Shown: positions 50,651 to 63,891, numbered from the stretch's first letter. The stretch: DNA of 64,000 nt from Felis catus (GCF_018350175.1 NC_058368.1:135224001-135288000); one strand, 5' to 3'. Notes: generated by a model from the sequence alone, not told the origin. Translations and numbers: made by a program.

Positions 50651-51321
50651 TTCCTCTTTATTTTTTAATATCTACTATATCTTACCAATGTTTCCTTATG
50701 CATTCCTAAAAACATTGTTTTAGTGTTCCCTCTTTCCTGCCCAGGCAACAAACACATTGAGAAATTAAATAAATAAGTTCCTTGGTTACTTATAAAGCCT
50801 GGGTTGGAGATTGTAGCTTAATATGAGAGCCAGAGTTAGACTGATTTGCTGATTGAGGAAGCCGAATTCCCCCAACAGGGCTGCCGGGGTGAGATCTGCG
50901 ACATGGAGGACAAGGAAAACTTCTCCTGACTGCAGACAGGTTTGCTCTGAAGGAATAAGAGCAGAGCTGACTTGAGTTGGCTCGGTTTATTCCTCTCAAA
51001 ATCTCAACTTCACCAGTTAGGTATGCCTTTCTACCTTCCTAGGGGCACAGTGCATAAAGGACACAAGTCAGTTTTTGGATTTTGTTGAAACCTCCTAGTC
51101 CCTTAGTCTTTACCTCTTCAAGTATTGCCTTTCCTCTACTCCCTTTATTCTTTCTGTGATTAACTATGATTAACATATACAAAGGTGTAATTCTATGTCT
51201 GTGTGAATTTTCAACTGTCTTATATATTCCCCATTAATTTATCTCTCAATGTCAGTTCCTGGATAATTTTACTAGGTCTACTTTCCATTTTACTAATTCT
51301 CCCTTCAATAATGTTCCCTTC

Positions 51322-51538
51322 GGGGGCACCCGGGTGGCTTAAATGATTGAGCGTCTAACTTTGGCTCAGGTCATGATCTTGCAGTTCTGGGAGTCTGAGC
51401 TCCACATCGGGCGGGCTCTGTGCTGTCAACATGGAGCCTGCTTTGGATCCTCCGACTCCCTCTCTCTGCCCTTCCCCTGCCTACGCATGGGCACGCTCTC
51501 TCTCTCTCAAAAATAAACATTTAAAAAATTAATAAAAA
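51322..51538 (+). mobile_element. SINEC
   Basis: Full-length; flanked by aataatRttccc copies. Confidence 0.94.
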
Positions 51539-51550
51539 AATAATATTCCC

Positions 51551-51767
51551 AGGCACTTGGGTGGCTCAATAGGTTGATCGTCCGACTTTCACTCAGTTCA
51601 TGATCTCGCAGTTCTCCAGTTCAAGCCCCACGTCGGGCTCTGTGCTGACAGCTCAGAGCCTGGAGCCTGCTTCGGATTCTGCATCTCCCTCTCTCTCTGC
51701 TCCTCACCACCTCATGCTCTCTCTCTCAAAAATAAATTTAAAATAATTTTTAAAAAATGTTTTAAAT
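51551..51767 (+). mobile_element. SINEC (tandem with previous)
   Basis: Flanked by aataatattccc at 51539-51550 and 51768-51779. Confidence 0.94.
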
Positions 51768-51893
51768 AATAATATTCCCTTCTAGAAGTTTTAGTATGTT
51801 CTTCCAAAATCTGCCTTTCCTTCTTTTACAATTACTCTTTATAACCACTTGTTCTTTCATATTTTAAGTTCTCTATTGTATGTCTTTAATCAT

Positions 51894-52101
51894 ATAATTT
51901 AATGTTTATTCATTTTTGAGAGAGAAAGAGAGAGCACAAGTGGGGAAGGGGCAGAGAGAGACGGAGACACAGAATCCAAAGCAGGCCCCAGGGTCTGAGC
52001 TGTCAGCACAAACCCTGAGGTGGGGCTTGAACTCATGAACCATGAGATCATAACCTGAGCTGAAGTCAGACGCTTAACCGACTGAGCCACCCAAGTGCCC
52101 C
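51894..52101 (-). mobile_element. SINEC
   Basis: TSD ctttaatcat at 51884-51893 and 52101-52110. Confidence 0.95.
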
Positions 52102-55100
52102 TTTAATCATTTAAAACATCACTGTCATAGTTTCCACACATGACTCTACTATTTTAAATTGTTGGAAACTGTATGATTCTAATGCTCTATTTTTTAATGT
52201 GTACTAATGCACATTCATGGTATAATGTTTTCTTGTGCATCTTGCAACTATGTATCACAAGCTCACGTTCAGCAGGTGTTCATGCCGTGGGAATCCTGAG
52301 AGATCCCCATTAAGGGGGTCATCCTGCCATATCAGTTTTATGTTTGCTTCTGCCAGGAACCTCAGAAAATAGCTCTTGTCATAAAAATTTCTGAACTTGG
52401 GGTTTCCCCAATAATGTAGGCAAAATAAAATCAAATGTCAAACAGGCACAGGTCCATGGAAGAATTTTTTTCCTCTCTTTCAAGCAGCATCTTGCTAATG
52501 CTCAAGATACTATAGAAAACAAGTATATTGTAAGAACCTTGTTCCATTTTTACCCAGGTTGGATAAAACGTCCTCTCTTACCCCTTTCTCAGTCCTCACA
52601 TGCACCCAAAATGATTCCCTCGGTGGCATTTCTCTCTCTCTAGCTCTCCCTCTCTCTCTCTCTCCTCAGAATATTTTCCTCACAGAAAAACTAATTGACT
52701 AATTCCACAAAGAGCAGGCCCACAGCCCACTTTAGAAGCACAAGCTTTATCAGCCTCAAGGTAATCCCCTCCCAGCATGTTTAATGAAGAAAGTCAACAG
52801 GAAAAGAAAAAACAGGGAAAAGAGAGGGAAGGAGAGAATTTATATTTGTTGGCCACGGGCATTGCAAAAACCCTCAAAATCACTTTTTGTGGCAGACGTT
52901 CCTTCTCAGATTGCAGACCAGGGCCAAGGCCATACAGCCAGAACACTGGGCTAACCCATGTGCCCCTGACTCCTTTCCTCAGAAGGAAAGTCCATGAGTC
53001 AGAAAAGCGGAGCCCCTGGCAAACATCAGAAATACAGCCTCAAGTAAAGGAAAACTCAAAGCAGGAAAAAAGCTTGTTCCTAAGTACATCACGGAGGCTG
53101 CTCTTTCTGGAAACTCTGCCTTAGCCAACTAGTTCCCTCTGGACATGCTGCCCCATTGCAGGTTTTCATTTCTTATCCTCTCTAATCTTCCCTTCCCTTG
53201 CCCGAAGTTTCTAACAGCAATCAGGCCGATTCTCTAGGCCAGAAGACGAATACCACAAATGGGGAGGGAGGAACAATTGGAGGAGGGGCTTTTCCAAACT
53301 TCCCCAATGTCAAAATGTCCGTGGCATTCCCCCTCGGAGACAGCCCTGCTTCCCTGAAGCCCAGATATACCTATGACATCAAGTTGCAAGGTAATGTGAT
53401 TTTAGAAGTCAGGCCTTCGGATGCTCCAGGACATTTTAAAAAATCATACACTCATCAAAAAGCTTCACTCCCAGCTGTGTGGAAAGTGACTCTGCGGCTC
53501 TCACTTAATTTTGGTTGCATTACCTCATTCTATACATCATTCATGACAAGCAAGAAACCACGGGGCTCCCTTGGCTAAATCCTCTTGTCCTTGACCCAGC
53601 TCGCATTCCTTTGGCCATTCGCTTCAGAAATGTGGTAAATCCTGGAGCTGAAAGAGGCTGCGCAGTAGTTTTGATCAGTTGGCTCTTTCCTCGTCGTCAC
53701 AACAAGCAAAAGAGGCCAAGGCAAATGGGAACCCGGACGTGCTACCTACCATTTTCTTGTCCTTCCCAGGGGATCCACACTACCCGTTTCCGGCAACTAA
53801 GATGGAAAGGGTGGGAGAGAGGAGGTTTTTAAAAATTGTCTTTGGGTGAGATATTTATGTCTTCCAACTTGGCACTTTTCCTTGAACTCAAAGGGAACAC
53901 CAAGATAGCGGGCAGCGTGACTCCTGCACCCCACGTACATGAATACATTTACACTTCCTCTGGGAAGTGGGCTGGGAAGGAGCTAGGAGTCTCCATGTGC
54001 CTCAAGGGCCCATCCAGGTCTGTTGCATGTCAACCCAGAAACTCAGGAGTGTGTGGCCTCAGGCCTGAAAGTGAGGTCGCTCTGAGCCATGCCCCAGGAG
54101 AATGGTTCTGTGATGATGGTTTTGTCTTATTTGTGGACACAGCTCTTCCTTGAGTCTTCGTTTGCAGGGCTTCATGATTCTCCTAGGAGGAGATCACATG
54201 GAAGCAAAGGATTCATTCTGGACCCGCTAAAGGACTGGCAGTGTTTGGGGCTGGAGTCTGCAGGTATGTGGAACTGAACCAGGAATGCCAGTCTGCCCCA
54301 GGATTCGAACACAATTAGATAAAGGAGGCTTTTCAGCCAAGGCTTAGACGCATTCTAATCTTCCGTACCCTCTATCCCTACAATAAAACATACTTAGAAT
54401 GGAGGGGCTGCAAGATGCTGAATCATCAGAGAGAGATTAGATCATTTCCCTGTCCTGTGTACAGACATAAAAGCAAATGTAAACATCTTAAAAAGGATTT
54501 CAACATCAAGGATTAAAGCAAAAGGGGTTTTGTGTTTAACTAAGAGCTAAGCATAAATTCTATTTCCCTGGAATTCCATTAATGAAGGTTTTACTTCTAA
54601 AGTGTTTGGGAGCCCAATGCTGTCTTTGCTTGAGACCTTGGACCACCATAGGATAAATAAGCAAGACACAAAAGCACCAAAATGGACTGGAATTTCTCTC
54701 AAAATATGCAATGCGCTTTGAAAACCAAAGGAGGAGACTAGCTAAAAGATGCATATTCCTCTGTTTTAAAAGGACTATTTTTCTATTTGCTTAAGGAAAA
54801 GGGAGCCAGAAAAGAAGCTCACTCGACAAGATCATCCCTTGAGTCCCTTTCTCAAAGAAGCCAACTAATCTGGTCATTGGAATCACTTTCCATCTACCCA
54901 TGGGTCCTCTTGAACTCCTTAATCTTGTATTATGTAGACCTTAAAACCAATTGCCAGAAGAATGTATCAAAGAAAGTTTCAAAGTCAGCTTAAGGTTAAT
55001 TTCGCTCAAGAAATGCCTGGCTTTTCTTCTTTGGTGCCTCTCTGTCCCCTCTGCTTAATTGCCTCTGTCTTCCTCCAGCCTAACCCCAGCTTGATCTTTC

Positions 55101-55739
55101 CTACCAAGGTCTGCTCTGGGCCTGGCAGAGCAGAAAGAAAAGCTCTTTAAGAATATAGAGTTTGCTATTAATAGCAGTGACACCAGCCATTGAAAGCCAA
55201 GGCAGTCAAGTAAGGAAATCTGTCAGCCTGGATTAGCTTTCCAGCACCTGGAAGGTAGGACGTATTTATAAATAAAAATAGACAGCACAAATATCTGGCC
55301 CCTCATCGGCCCCTGATGTCTGAGAAGGCTTGCATGGATCCGAGTCCAGAGGCTTTTCCCAGCTGTCCTCCAAACCTAGCAGCAAACTTTTATTTCTGAA
55401 ACTGGAATTAAGAAAAGTTAGGCTTGTTTTCATCAGAATCAAAACCCCTGCTTGTAGTACTTTCTTGCATGGATTTCTAAACACAGTCAGATCCCCAATC
55501 CTGTAACAAGAACTGTATATGTCACAGCATCCTCTGGGATTCACATATCAAAGTTTCTGATGGGTTCTTTATCAGAGTGTGACCTTTGCCCTCCACTTCA
55601 CTCTGGGCCTCCCCGCATCCACCATGGAAGGACCACATTTCCTCCACGTAAGATGTAAGTCCCCTACATCTCAGTCTTGGTAGAATTCCTTTTCCCATCA
55701 CAGAATGGACTGTAAGAATCTAATCAAAATCTATCATGA

Positions 55740-55938
55740 GGGGCGCATGGGTGGCTCAGTTGGTTAAACATGAGACTTTAGCTCAGGTCATGATCTCACG
55801 GCTTGTGAATTCGAGCCTGGCTTGGGGCTCTCTGCTGTCAGCACAGAGTCCGCTTCAGGTCCTCTGTCTCTCTCTCTCTGCCCCTCCCCTGCTCATGCTC
55901 TCTCTCTCCCTCTCTCAAAAATAAATAAACATTAAAAA
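55740..55938 (+). mobile_element. SINEC
   Basis: Degenerate TSD aaaatctatcatgag / aaaatctattgcgag. Confidence 0.95.
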
Positions 55939-56147
55939 AAAATCTATTGCGAGAAGCCTGCATTTCACAGGAATGTTTTGAGGTTAATTTGCTCAGTGTC
56001 TGGGTTCTAGAAGCTGCATGAGGACACTCGTTGCCAGGTTTGGAGGTCAGGCGACCCCTTTATGCTACAGTGGTCTCTGGTCCAGAGAAGCTTACAGTAC
56101 GATTGTACTGAAAATCTACTATCAAATATCTCAAGTAATTGTGTACA

Positions 56148-56214
56148 AACACACACACACACACCCACACACACACATACAGGCACACACATGCACACAC
56201 ACACACATACACAC
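56148..56214. repeat. Imperfect (CA)n microsatellite
   Basis: Interrupted CA run. Confidence 0.85.
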
Positions 56215-56858
56215 TGGATTTCCTTGGGAAATGGTGGTCCTGTTGTGCAAGCTAATACAGTTGGCCAGAGCATTTTTTATGTGTGCCGTTCAGCATTTCA
56301 ATGCTTATTGGTATCGAAGGTATCTTCTAATGATACCATCCCCCTTTACCAATAATTCTTGCCTTCTACGGTGTCAGGAATTAGCAGACTATTGCCATCC
56401 CCCATTAGTTGCCCACATTTAACTTCTTTAATCTTTCCCCTGATCGGACGACCTAAGGCCTCAACTCCAACTACTCCTTCTCCTTGCCCTTTTCCAAATT
56501 CCCTAAGGTTCGATGCTCCTAAACTGAGCTTCACAAAATCACAGTGATATTCCAGATGCTTGCTCACTGAGGAGCCGAGAGACCAGCTGTCACCTCTGGT
56601 CTCTGTTACTCTGTGACTCAGGGTACATGTCCCAGAATAGTCCTGGCCTTTTGTGCTGCCGTCTCTCGTTGCATTCTGGCTGTTTGGTAGCTGTACGCTG
56701 TCAGCCCCACTCCCCTTTGGCATTACTGCTTTCCAGGTTTCTTCTCCCGACGAAGAGCGTGTTTCAGATTATTTTCCTTCAAACTCAAATGGGCCACTGG
56801 TCAGCACTCCAAGAAAAAAAAAATCCCTTTATTATCATCTCAGTTTAGAAATAGCCCC

Positions 56859-57033
56859 TCAGTCGGTTAAGCGTCCAACTTTGGCTCATGTCATGATCTC
56901 GCGGTTCGGGAGTTCAAACCCCACATCGGGCTCACTGCTATCAGCCCACTTCAGATCCCCTAACCCCTTCTCTCTGCCCCTCCCCTGCTTGTGCTCTCCC
57001 AAAAACACAAATACTAAAAACAAAAGAAAAAAA
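56859..57033 (+). mobile_element. SINEC, 5' clipped
   Basis: TSD tagaaatagcccc at 56846-56858 and 57034-57046. Confidence 0.94.
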
Positions 57034-58066
57034 TAGAAATAGCCCCAACATTTCCATGAACATTTCTACCAAAGGAGCTCTATAAAGTCTTCCACTCTGG
57101 AAAGAGAAAGCAAGAAGAAAAATCACTTATGATTTGAGGCTCTTAATTTTAAACAATATTTGGCAGAAAGAATATAACATTCCAGGCAGGATATGCCTCA
57201 GAAAGGCTTTGATACCTTGGGAAGGATGACCGTGAACCATACCTGGAGCTACAGAGAGGAAATCTTCCTCTACTAAAGTCACCTCCCCTGGGGTTACTTA
57301 GAGCTGCCATAGACTTCTCCCAGGCACTTTGTTGCCTAGGAACCCTGCTGTCTTTTCTCCACCTCCCCCACAATCTTTCCTACTCTCCTTTCTGGGGAGC
57401 TCAACTATGGCAGGTGGCAGGAAGGGTGTCCATAGGGACTGAGGGGCCCCACCCTCCTCCAGGAAGGTGCAGGGCCCACGCTGTGCCCTGGAGAAGTCCA
57501 GGAGGCACTCATTTCAGGAACCCCTAGGCCCACAGCACTAATCCCTACAGCTGCAGGGGGAAGAACATTCCTATTTTAAGAGGTCCTGAGTACCGATGTG
57601 CTCACCAGGTCTGAGTCACTACTCCTCTCTAAGGTCTATGAAGAAATATATTTCCCAGTCTTAGCTTTGCATGCTTTATTTTCTCCAGCCCCAATCATCA
57701 ACTGGTTTACCACAAAGTGTTTAAAAGGAGCTAGCAAAGCAGTGGTTACCAAGGAAGCAATGGTGTCTGGAATTATAACAGAGACAAAGCTAAGAGTTAT
57801 ACCAGATCTAAAAATAAGTTACTAGCCATATCCTACTTCCTTTAATGTACACATGCAGGTAGCCAGAAGAGAAAACCACCCACAACTCAAAAGAATCAAT
57901 AGAGAACACTGTGATTAACCACAGCCCACCCTATCCCCTTAGTGAACAGTTTTTCAAGCAATGAAGATATTTCATGGTAAGATAATTCATCACTATTATA
58001 GGTGAGACTCTAGAACCACCAGGGGTCTCCACATTAGCCATTGTGGCAATTAGAAAAGGACATGAT

Positions 58067-58235
58067 GGGAGCCTGCGTAGCTCTGTTTGTTGGGTGTCTG
58101 ACTGAGCTCAGGTCATGATCTCACAGTCCATGGGTTCGAGCCCTGTGTCAGGCTCTGTGCTGATAGCTCAGAGCCTAGAGCCTGCTTCAGATTCTGTGTC
58201 TCCCTCTCTCTCTGCCCCTCCCCTGCTCATTCTCT

Positions 58236-58302
<67 letters not shown>

Positions 58303-58328
58303 AAAAATAAATGTTAAAAAAAAAAAAA
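58067..58328 (+). mobile_element. SINEC with long (CT)n
   Basis: gctcaggtcatgatctcac..agcctgcttcagattctgtgtctcc, A tail. Confidence 0.94.
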
Positions 58329-58949
58329 GGAAAAGAACATCACATCCTATCCATGGCATTGGTACGCTTTGTGCAAACCATTGCGGGCAAGCATGAGTTC
58401 CTCCACAGAGTTTGCCCGCAAAACCTGTATTTCTTCCTCATAAGCAATACTGTTTAATCAACTCTGTCTTTTCATATTGACATAAATAATACTAACAGCT
58501 TATATTTATTGTACATGTACACAGTAACTCATTATTAACTCACTTAATCCTTGTAACAACGAAATAACGTAGCCCTTTTTTACACAGGAGAAAACAGAAC
58601 TGTAGAGAGATCAAGTTCAAGTCCAGATCTTCCTAGCTACTCACCTTAAGAATTTCTATACTGTTGTCTACAGGCCAAATTTTGAACGGTAAAGGTTTCA
58701 GTCTCTACTTTAACGGCAGATTCTTATTCGTCAAGCTAGTCCAGCTATTTTTCACACATTTTAAATGACCTCAGTTCAAAGAGTTTGTATTCTTTTCTCA
58801 GACTTTCATACTTCCTATAACATTGGGGTGTGGCCCATCAGCGCAAGTAACTGGTGCAGGGAATCTCATATTCCCAGGACCCTCTTTGTTTTCCTTTCAG
58901 AAAAGCAGTGGCCTCAAGTTATGAGCTCCCAATTCCTTAGGACCACCTT

Positions 58950-58953
58950 GGTA

Positions 58954-58999
<46 letters not shown>

Positions 59000-59376
59000 C
59001 AGAGCTGCCATAACAAAAAGGCCCCGAGTGGGTGGTTTAAAAAGCAGAAGTTTATTTTCTCACTACCCTAGAGGCTCTAAGTCCGACAGCAAGGTGTCCA
59101 CAAGGTTGGTTTCTCCTGAGGCCTCTTGCCTTGGCTTGTCGATGGCCATCTTCTCCCTATGTCTTCACGTTATTTCTGTACCTGTGTGTGTCCACATTTC
59201 CTCTTCTCATGAAGACACCAGTCATATTGGACCAAGGACCACCCATATGACCTCATTTCACCTTAATTACCTCTTTAAAAAACACCGTCCCTAAATCCAG
59301 CCACAATCTTAGGTACTGGACATAAGAACTTTGACATATGAATTTGGCCCGGGGGGACACAATTCAGCCCATAGCA
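58950..59376 (-). mobile_element. MLT1B/C-like MaLR solo LTR
   Basis: gctgccataacaaa..tttattttctcac..gacaccagtcatattgga..ggggacacaattcagcccatagca. Confidence 0.9.
58956..58997. repeat. (TG)21 microsatellite
   Basis: Perfect run at the terminus of the MLT1 LTR. Confidence 0.95.
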
Positions 59377-59819
59377 GCACCCTAACAACTTCCTGGTACA
59401 AAGTCATCTCTGTTGTAACATAAATGCCATTGACCCTAACCACTGGGAATTTAAGCCACTGCTTTCTATAAATGCTTTGTGTTATTTCCCTGTGATGACA
59501 CAGACAAGTTTTTCTGTGATGAAACCATAGTTCTTATTCAAAGAGTGTTACAATATTGACTGTATTAGTAGTTTTCATCTTAGAAGACCTCATAGATCTC
59601 ATTTGTAAAAAAACAAAAAACAAACAAAAATAGAGAGAGAGACACAGAGACAGAGAGAAAATGTTTTTTACCAATCGTGAATTACCAACCTGCCAATTAG
59701 TAAAAACAAATTCTGGATTTTTAAAAATGTATTCAGACCAATAAAGTTTTTTTGAATTATTATGGTAATACATCTGGCACTTAAAACTGTAAAACCTCCA
59801 GTTAAGATATAGCCCAGTC

Positions 59820-60260
59820 TCCTGGGTGGCTCAGTCCGTCAAGCATACGACTTCAGCTCAAGTCATGATCTCGTGGTCTGTGGGTCTGAGCCCCGCATCG
59901 GGCTCTGTGCTGACAGCTCAGAGCCTGGAGCCTGCTTTGATTCTGTGTCTCCCTCTCTCTCTGCCCCTCCCCCATTCATGCTCTGTTTCTGTCTCTCAAA
60001 AATGAATAAATGTTGGGGCGCCTGGGTGGCGCAGTCGGTTAAGCGTCCGACTTCAGCCAGGTCACGATCTCACGGTCCGGGAGTTCGAGCCCCGCGTCAG
60101 GCTCTGGGCTGATGGCTCAGGGCCTGGAGCCTGTTTCCGATTCTGTGTCTCCCTCTCTCTCTGCCCCTCCCCCGTTCATGCTCTGTCTCTCTCTGTCCCA
60201 AAAATAAATAAACGTTGAAAAAAAAAATGAATAAATGTTAAAAAAAAATTTTTTTTTAAA
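59820..60260 (+). mobile_element. SINEC with a younger SINEC in its tail
   Basis: Outer TSD aagataKagcccag at 59804-59817 and 60261-60274. Confidence 0.94.
60015..60222 (+). mobile_element. Young feline SINEC (nested)
   Basis: 17-bp TSD aaaaatgaataaatgtt at 59998-60014 and 60223-60239. Confidence 0.97.
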
Positions 60261-60389
60261 AAGATAGAGCCCAGCATAAGATAACCTGGGCCCTCAATAG
60301 AGGTCGTAATTCCTGGTCATACCATGTCAAGTTTCAAAATGATCTGACAAGAGGCAATTCAGACTTGCATAGTTATATCAGCATAAAAG

Positions 60390-60645
60390 CTATCATTGTG
60401 AGTTGCCTACTGGTTTCATATATTGTGCCAAGTGTGTTATGTGCATTCAATCACCTATCCCCTCAAAATTCCTGCATAAGAGATATCATTGCCTCCGCCT
60501 TATCAGTGTGTAACCAGAACGTTAGAAAGATTAAGTAAACTGCCCAAGGTCACGTAGCTCACAGATAGTTAAGACAAGTCTTAGATGTGAATCTAGCCCC
60601 CCTGACTTCAGAAATGCCCTTTTTTTTTTCATTTTGTGACCACAT
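60390..60645 (-). mobile_element. MIR
   Basis: gattaagtaaactgcccaaggtcacgtagct core. Confidence 0.8.
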
Positions 60646-60655
60646 GCTACTTGAC

Positions 60656-60882
60656 TTTTTTTTTTTTAATTTTTTTAAATGTTTTTATTTATTTTTTTGA
60701 GAGAGACAGAGACAGAACAAGAGTAGGGAAGGAGCAGAGAGAGAGGGAGACACAGAATCCGAAGCAGGCTCCAGGCTCTGAGCTGTCAGCATAGAGCCCG
60801 ATGTGGGGCTCAACTCATGAACCCTGAGATCATGACCCGAGCCGAAGTCAGAGCTTAACCAACTGAGCCACCCAGTCACCCC
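60656..60882 (-). mobile_element. SINEC
   Basis: Reverse copy with poly(T) tail. Confidence 0.95.
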
Positions 60883-61249
60883 TACTTATTTGACTTCTTA
60901 AGACATGTAAGAGTGTACTCTCAGTGGCTCAGAACTTTTCCTGGGCCATAAGAATATCCAATCTTAGTTCCATCAACTGTTGCTTTTGATAAATAAAATA
61001 ACAGCATCTTTGTTTCTATGTTTTAGCTGCAAAATACATCACGGGGTATTCATCATCAGAAATAAAATCCACATCTATGTTTGGGTGGTGATGAATGCAA
61101 AAGTTATGTAAAACAACTATGGATACATTTTTTTGTAGAAAAAGTTAATTATACTCAGTAAACCTAGTTAATAATGACAAGCTGCCTTGTAACATCTCTG
61201 GGACCGCAGTCTTGGGTTCTTACCAAACATTTATTTCATTTTTAATTTC

Positions 61250-61390
61250 TTCTGTTTTGTACCCTGGCTTCCCAGTCAAGATTATATATAGATGTGTTGA
61301 AGGCAGGAACCCTTGCTTACCTTTCTTTGTACTGACTTGTGGTGCTAGGTACGGTGCCTTGCACAGAGAAAGTGCTCACTAACATTCAAT
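61250..61390 (+). mobile_element. L2 3' end
   Basis: ttgaaggcaggaacc..tgctaggtacggtgccttgcacagagaaagtgctcactaacatt. Confidence 0.7.
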
Positions 61391-63666
61391 GCTCAGCCTT
61401 AAAGTCCTTATGAAATAAATAAAAATTTGAAGAAAGAAATAAAAAAAATACATAAAGTCTTTATGAAATGACCCACCAAAAGAAGCCCATTGAAGGTCTT
61501 GGTGATAAACTTTCCAATTGTGCGTCGGGGTGTCTAAGAAGTCCCTAAAATTGGCCATGTCAGGATAGCTTGCTTAGCTCTGTGAGGTCAGATGTGCAGC
61601 CTCTAGACCTTTGATTTATAAATCTTAAATGCCAAAGGGGTGGCCGATGGTACTGGTATGGGACATTTTTGTAACGATTATGCAATTCTATTTGTTTCTA
61701 TAAAGTAGAACGTGTAAGAAATCTTCACAGGTTCCATTTGGGGACCTCAGAGGCAGTCCTAGATAGAGCAGGATTCGCATCAGTGGCAAGCCAACTGAAG
61801 GCCTGAGTCAGTCCAAGGCTACCAGTTTAACCAGAAGTGCCTTGCCCTTCCTCCTATGGCTCACTTATTTTCTTTCTTAGCAGGATCCCATTCTTTGGGC
61901 TGGAAGGTAGGTTACTGAAATTATACCAACAGGCAAAAGCAGGATGGTTATATCTAGAGCGTAACCACCACCTGATGCTTTATCTGGAAGTAAAAGTTAA
62001 CAATAACTCAAAGGCACATATAAGCACACTCTGTACTTAAGACTGAGCCACAGAGCCCTTTGGCAAATATGACAGAAACTCCGATGCCAGAGATAAAGAG
62101 GTCTTTCTCAAAGGAAAGCATTGTCTTCAAAAGACAGAACCAATAATGAGGACGTGATTGGCTGGATACTAGCAGATCTGGGCCCCAGGAGGAATGCCTT
62201 GTTCAGGGAGCCTGCTAAGATAAGCAAAGCTTTCTGTAGCCTGCCATCTCCTTTCGGTTAAGGACATCCATCTACAAGTCTGTCCTAGGCCCTTATATTT
62301 GTCCCACAGTGACTCTGAGGGCTTTCTACACCTCCAAGAACTAAGAAAACAACAAAATTCTTCAGCCTGTGGAGAATGAATACCAGATGAGATGAACTTA
62401 CAGATTTACTGATCCTTTAAGGAGACAAAGATATTTTTGGTGTAAAATTTGAGCAGTTTAGAAACCAAACAAGCTTTAGTAGCTCCCTCTGAGATGTTCA
62501 ATAGCTTGGGCCATCTCGACACTGGAATAAAACTCTTAACCTTGGGGCCTAGGAAGCCCTTAGCTGATTCACACCCTACACAGATCATAAATGCTTGGAC
62601 ACCTAGAAGCAGAGAGGGAGGGCAATGAGCTACCAACCCTCAGTGAAAATGTCTTTCTGCTACAACTCCTCTAAATCAGAGTTCTCTTTTCTCAGAAGAC
62701 ACAAGTTTGCAGGAGATGCTCATTCAGATTAGGAAAGAAGGCCATAAATTTGGACGAGCAAAATAAATATAAATAAGAGCCAGAAGGTGACATCCATGGC
62801 ACAAAATATGGCAAAGGGAGACCCAGCGATGCCTGTGCATGCCATGTCCTAGTGTAAACTCAGTGTACAGCCCGGTCCAGAGCATTCCTCCAAAACAGCA
62901 ATTCTAGAAAGTGAAAGAGGACACCGGGGCTTCCAGAAGAAGTGAGTCACACCAAAGCCATCACTACACAGCTAACCCACCCCTCTCATCAAGGCAGAAA
63001 TTACTCCATATTAGCTACAGCTCCCTCCCATGATCTCATTAGCAAAGATATTGAGAAGCTGCTGTTCCTCTAGGAGGGAAAATTGAAACTGTGCCACAAG
63101 TTATTTCACCCAGAACATTTCAGTCTGGATGGATGGGGATGGAGAAAAAAATCTATCTCCCCATGGTAATTTCCTTAATCCTGTTGTTGGGAGGGTACTT
63201 GTGTGATGGAAACTGAGATGTGTCCTGCCATCTGGTAGCCCAGGGAAAGGCCCAAACCTAGATATCCTGAAGATTTGGAGAATGGGTGAGACACTTTCGT
63301 TGCAAGTGAACAGCTTGGCCATTAGGCAATTTTGGGCTTACGCAAGCTAACGGTTCAGGGGTGGGTCTGGTGTGGTGCACAGATGGATTCAGGACTCAAA
63401 TACTATAATCAGGATGTGGCTTTTTTTTTTCCTTCAGTTAGTCCTGCCTTCTCTGGTCTCAAGTCCCACACAATGGCATTGGCAGCATAGACCTCTCAGC
63501 CACACAGGGGCCCAGCCCAGGGCACAGGAGTAAGAGTCCTGATCCCAGTAAAAGTCTCAGAACATGTGACTGGGTCACACGTTCACCTCTATAACTAGAG
63601 TTATCAGGAGATGGAATCAGGTATACCAAAGCCACATGGACTGAGTTAGAAAAAGAGGAAATTCAA

Positions 63667-63891
63667 GGGGCGCCTGGGTGGCTCAGTCGGTTGAGCGTCT
63701 GACTTTGGCTCAGGTCATGATCTCACGGCTTGTGGGTTCGAGCCCTGCATTGTTGGGCTCTGTGCCAATGGCTCAGAGCCTGGAGCTGCTTTGGATTCTG
63801 TGTCTCCCCTCCCGCTGCCCCTCCCCAGCTCTCACTCTGCTCTCTCGCTCTCTCTTTAAAAAAATAATAAAACATTTAAAACATTTTTTAA
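63667..63891 (+). mobile_element. SINEC
   Basis: 18-bp TSD aaaaagaggaaattcaag at 63650-63667 and 63892-63909. Confidence 0.96.

Larger units (their letters stand above)
43560..52400 (-). mobile_element. Fragmented ancient L1 (L1ME-like) hosting a provirus and many SINEs
   Basis: Antisense L1 pieces throughout, e.g. ccaaattgctttccaaag, ttgcaaatatcttct, caattgtctcagcaccattt, taaattttagaataagattgtc, tctcataaaatgagttggg; extent approximate. Confidence 0.7.

Noticed and set aside
62402..62603. Minus-strand exon-like segment (ctgcttctag ... gtaagt)
   Set aside because: No recognisable product; cannot be distinguished from chance splice motifs.
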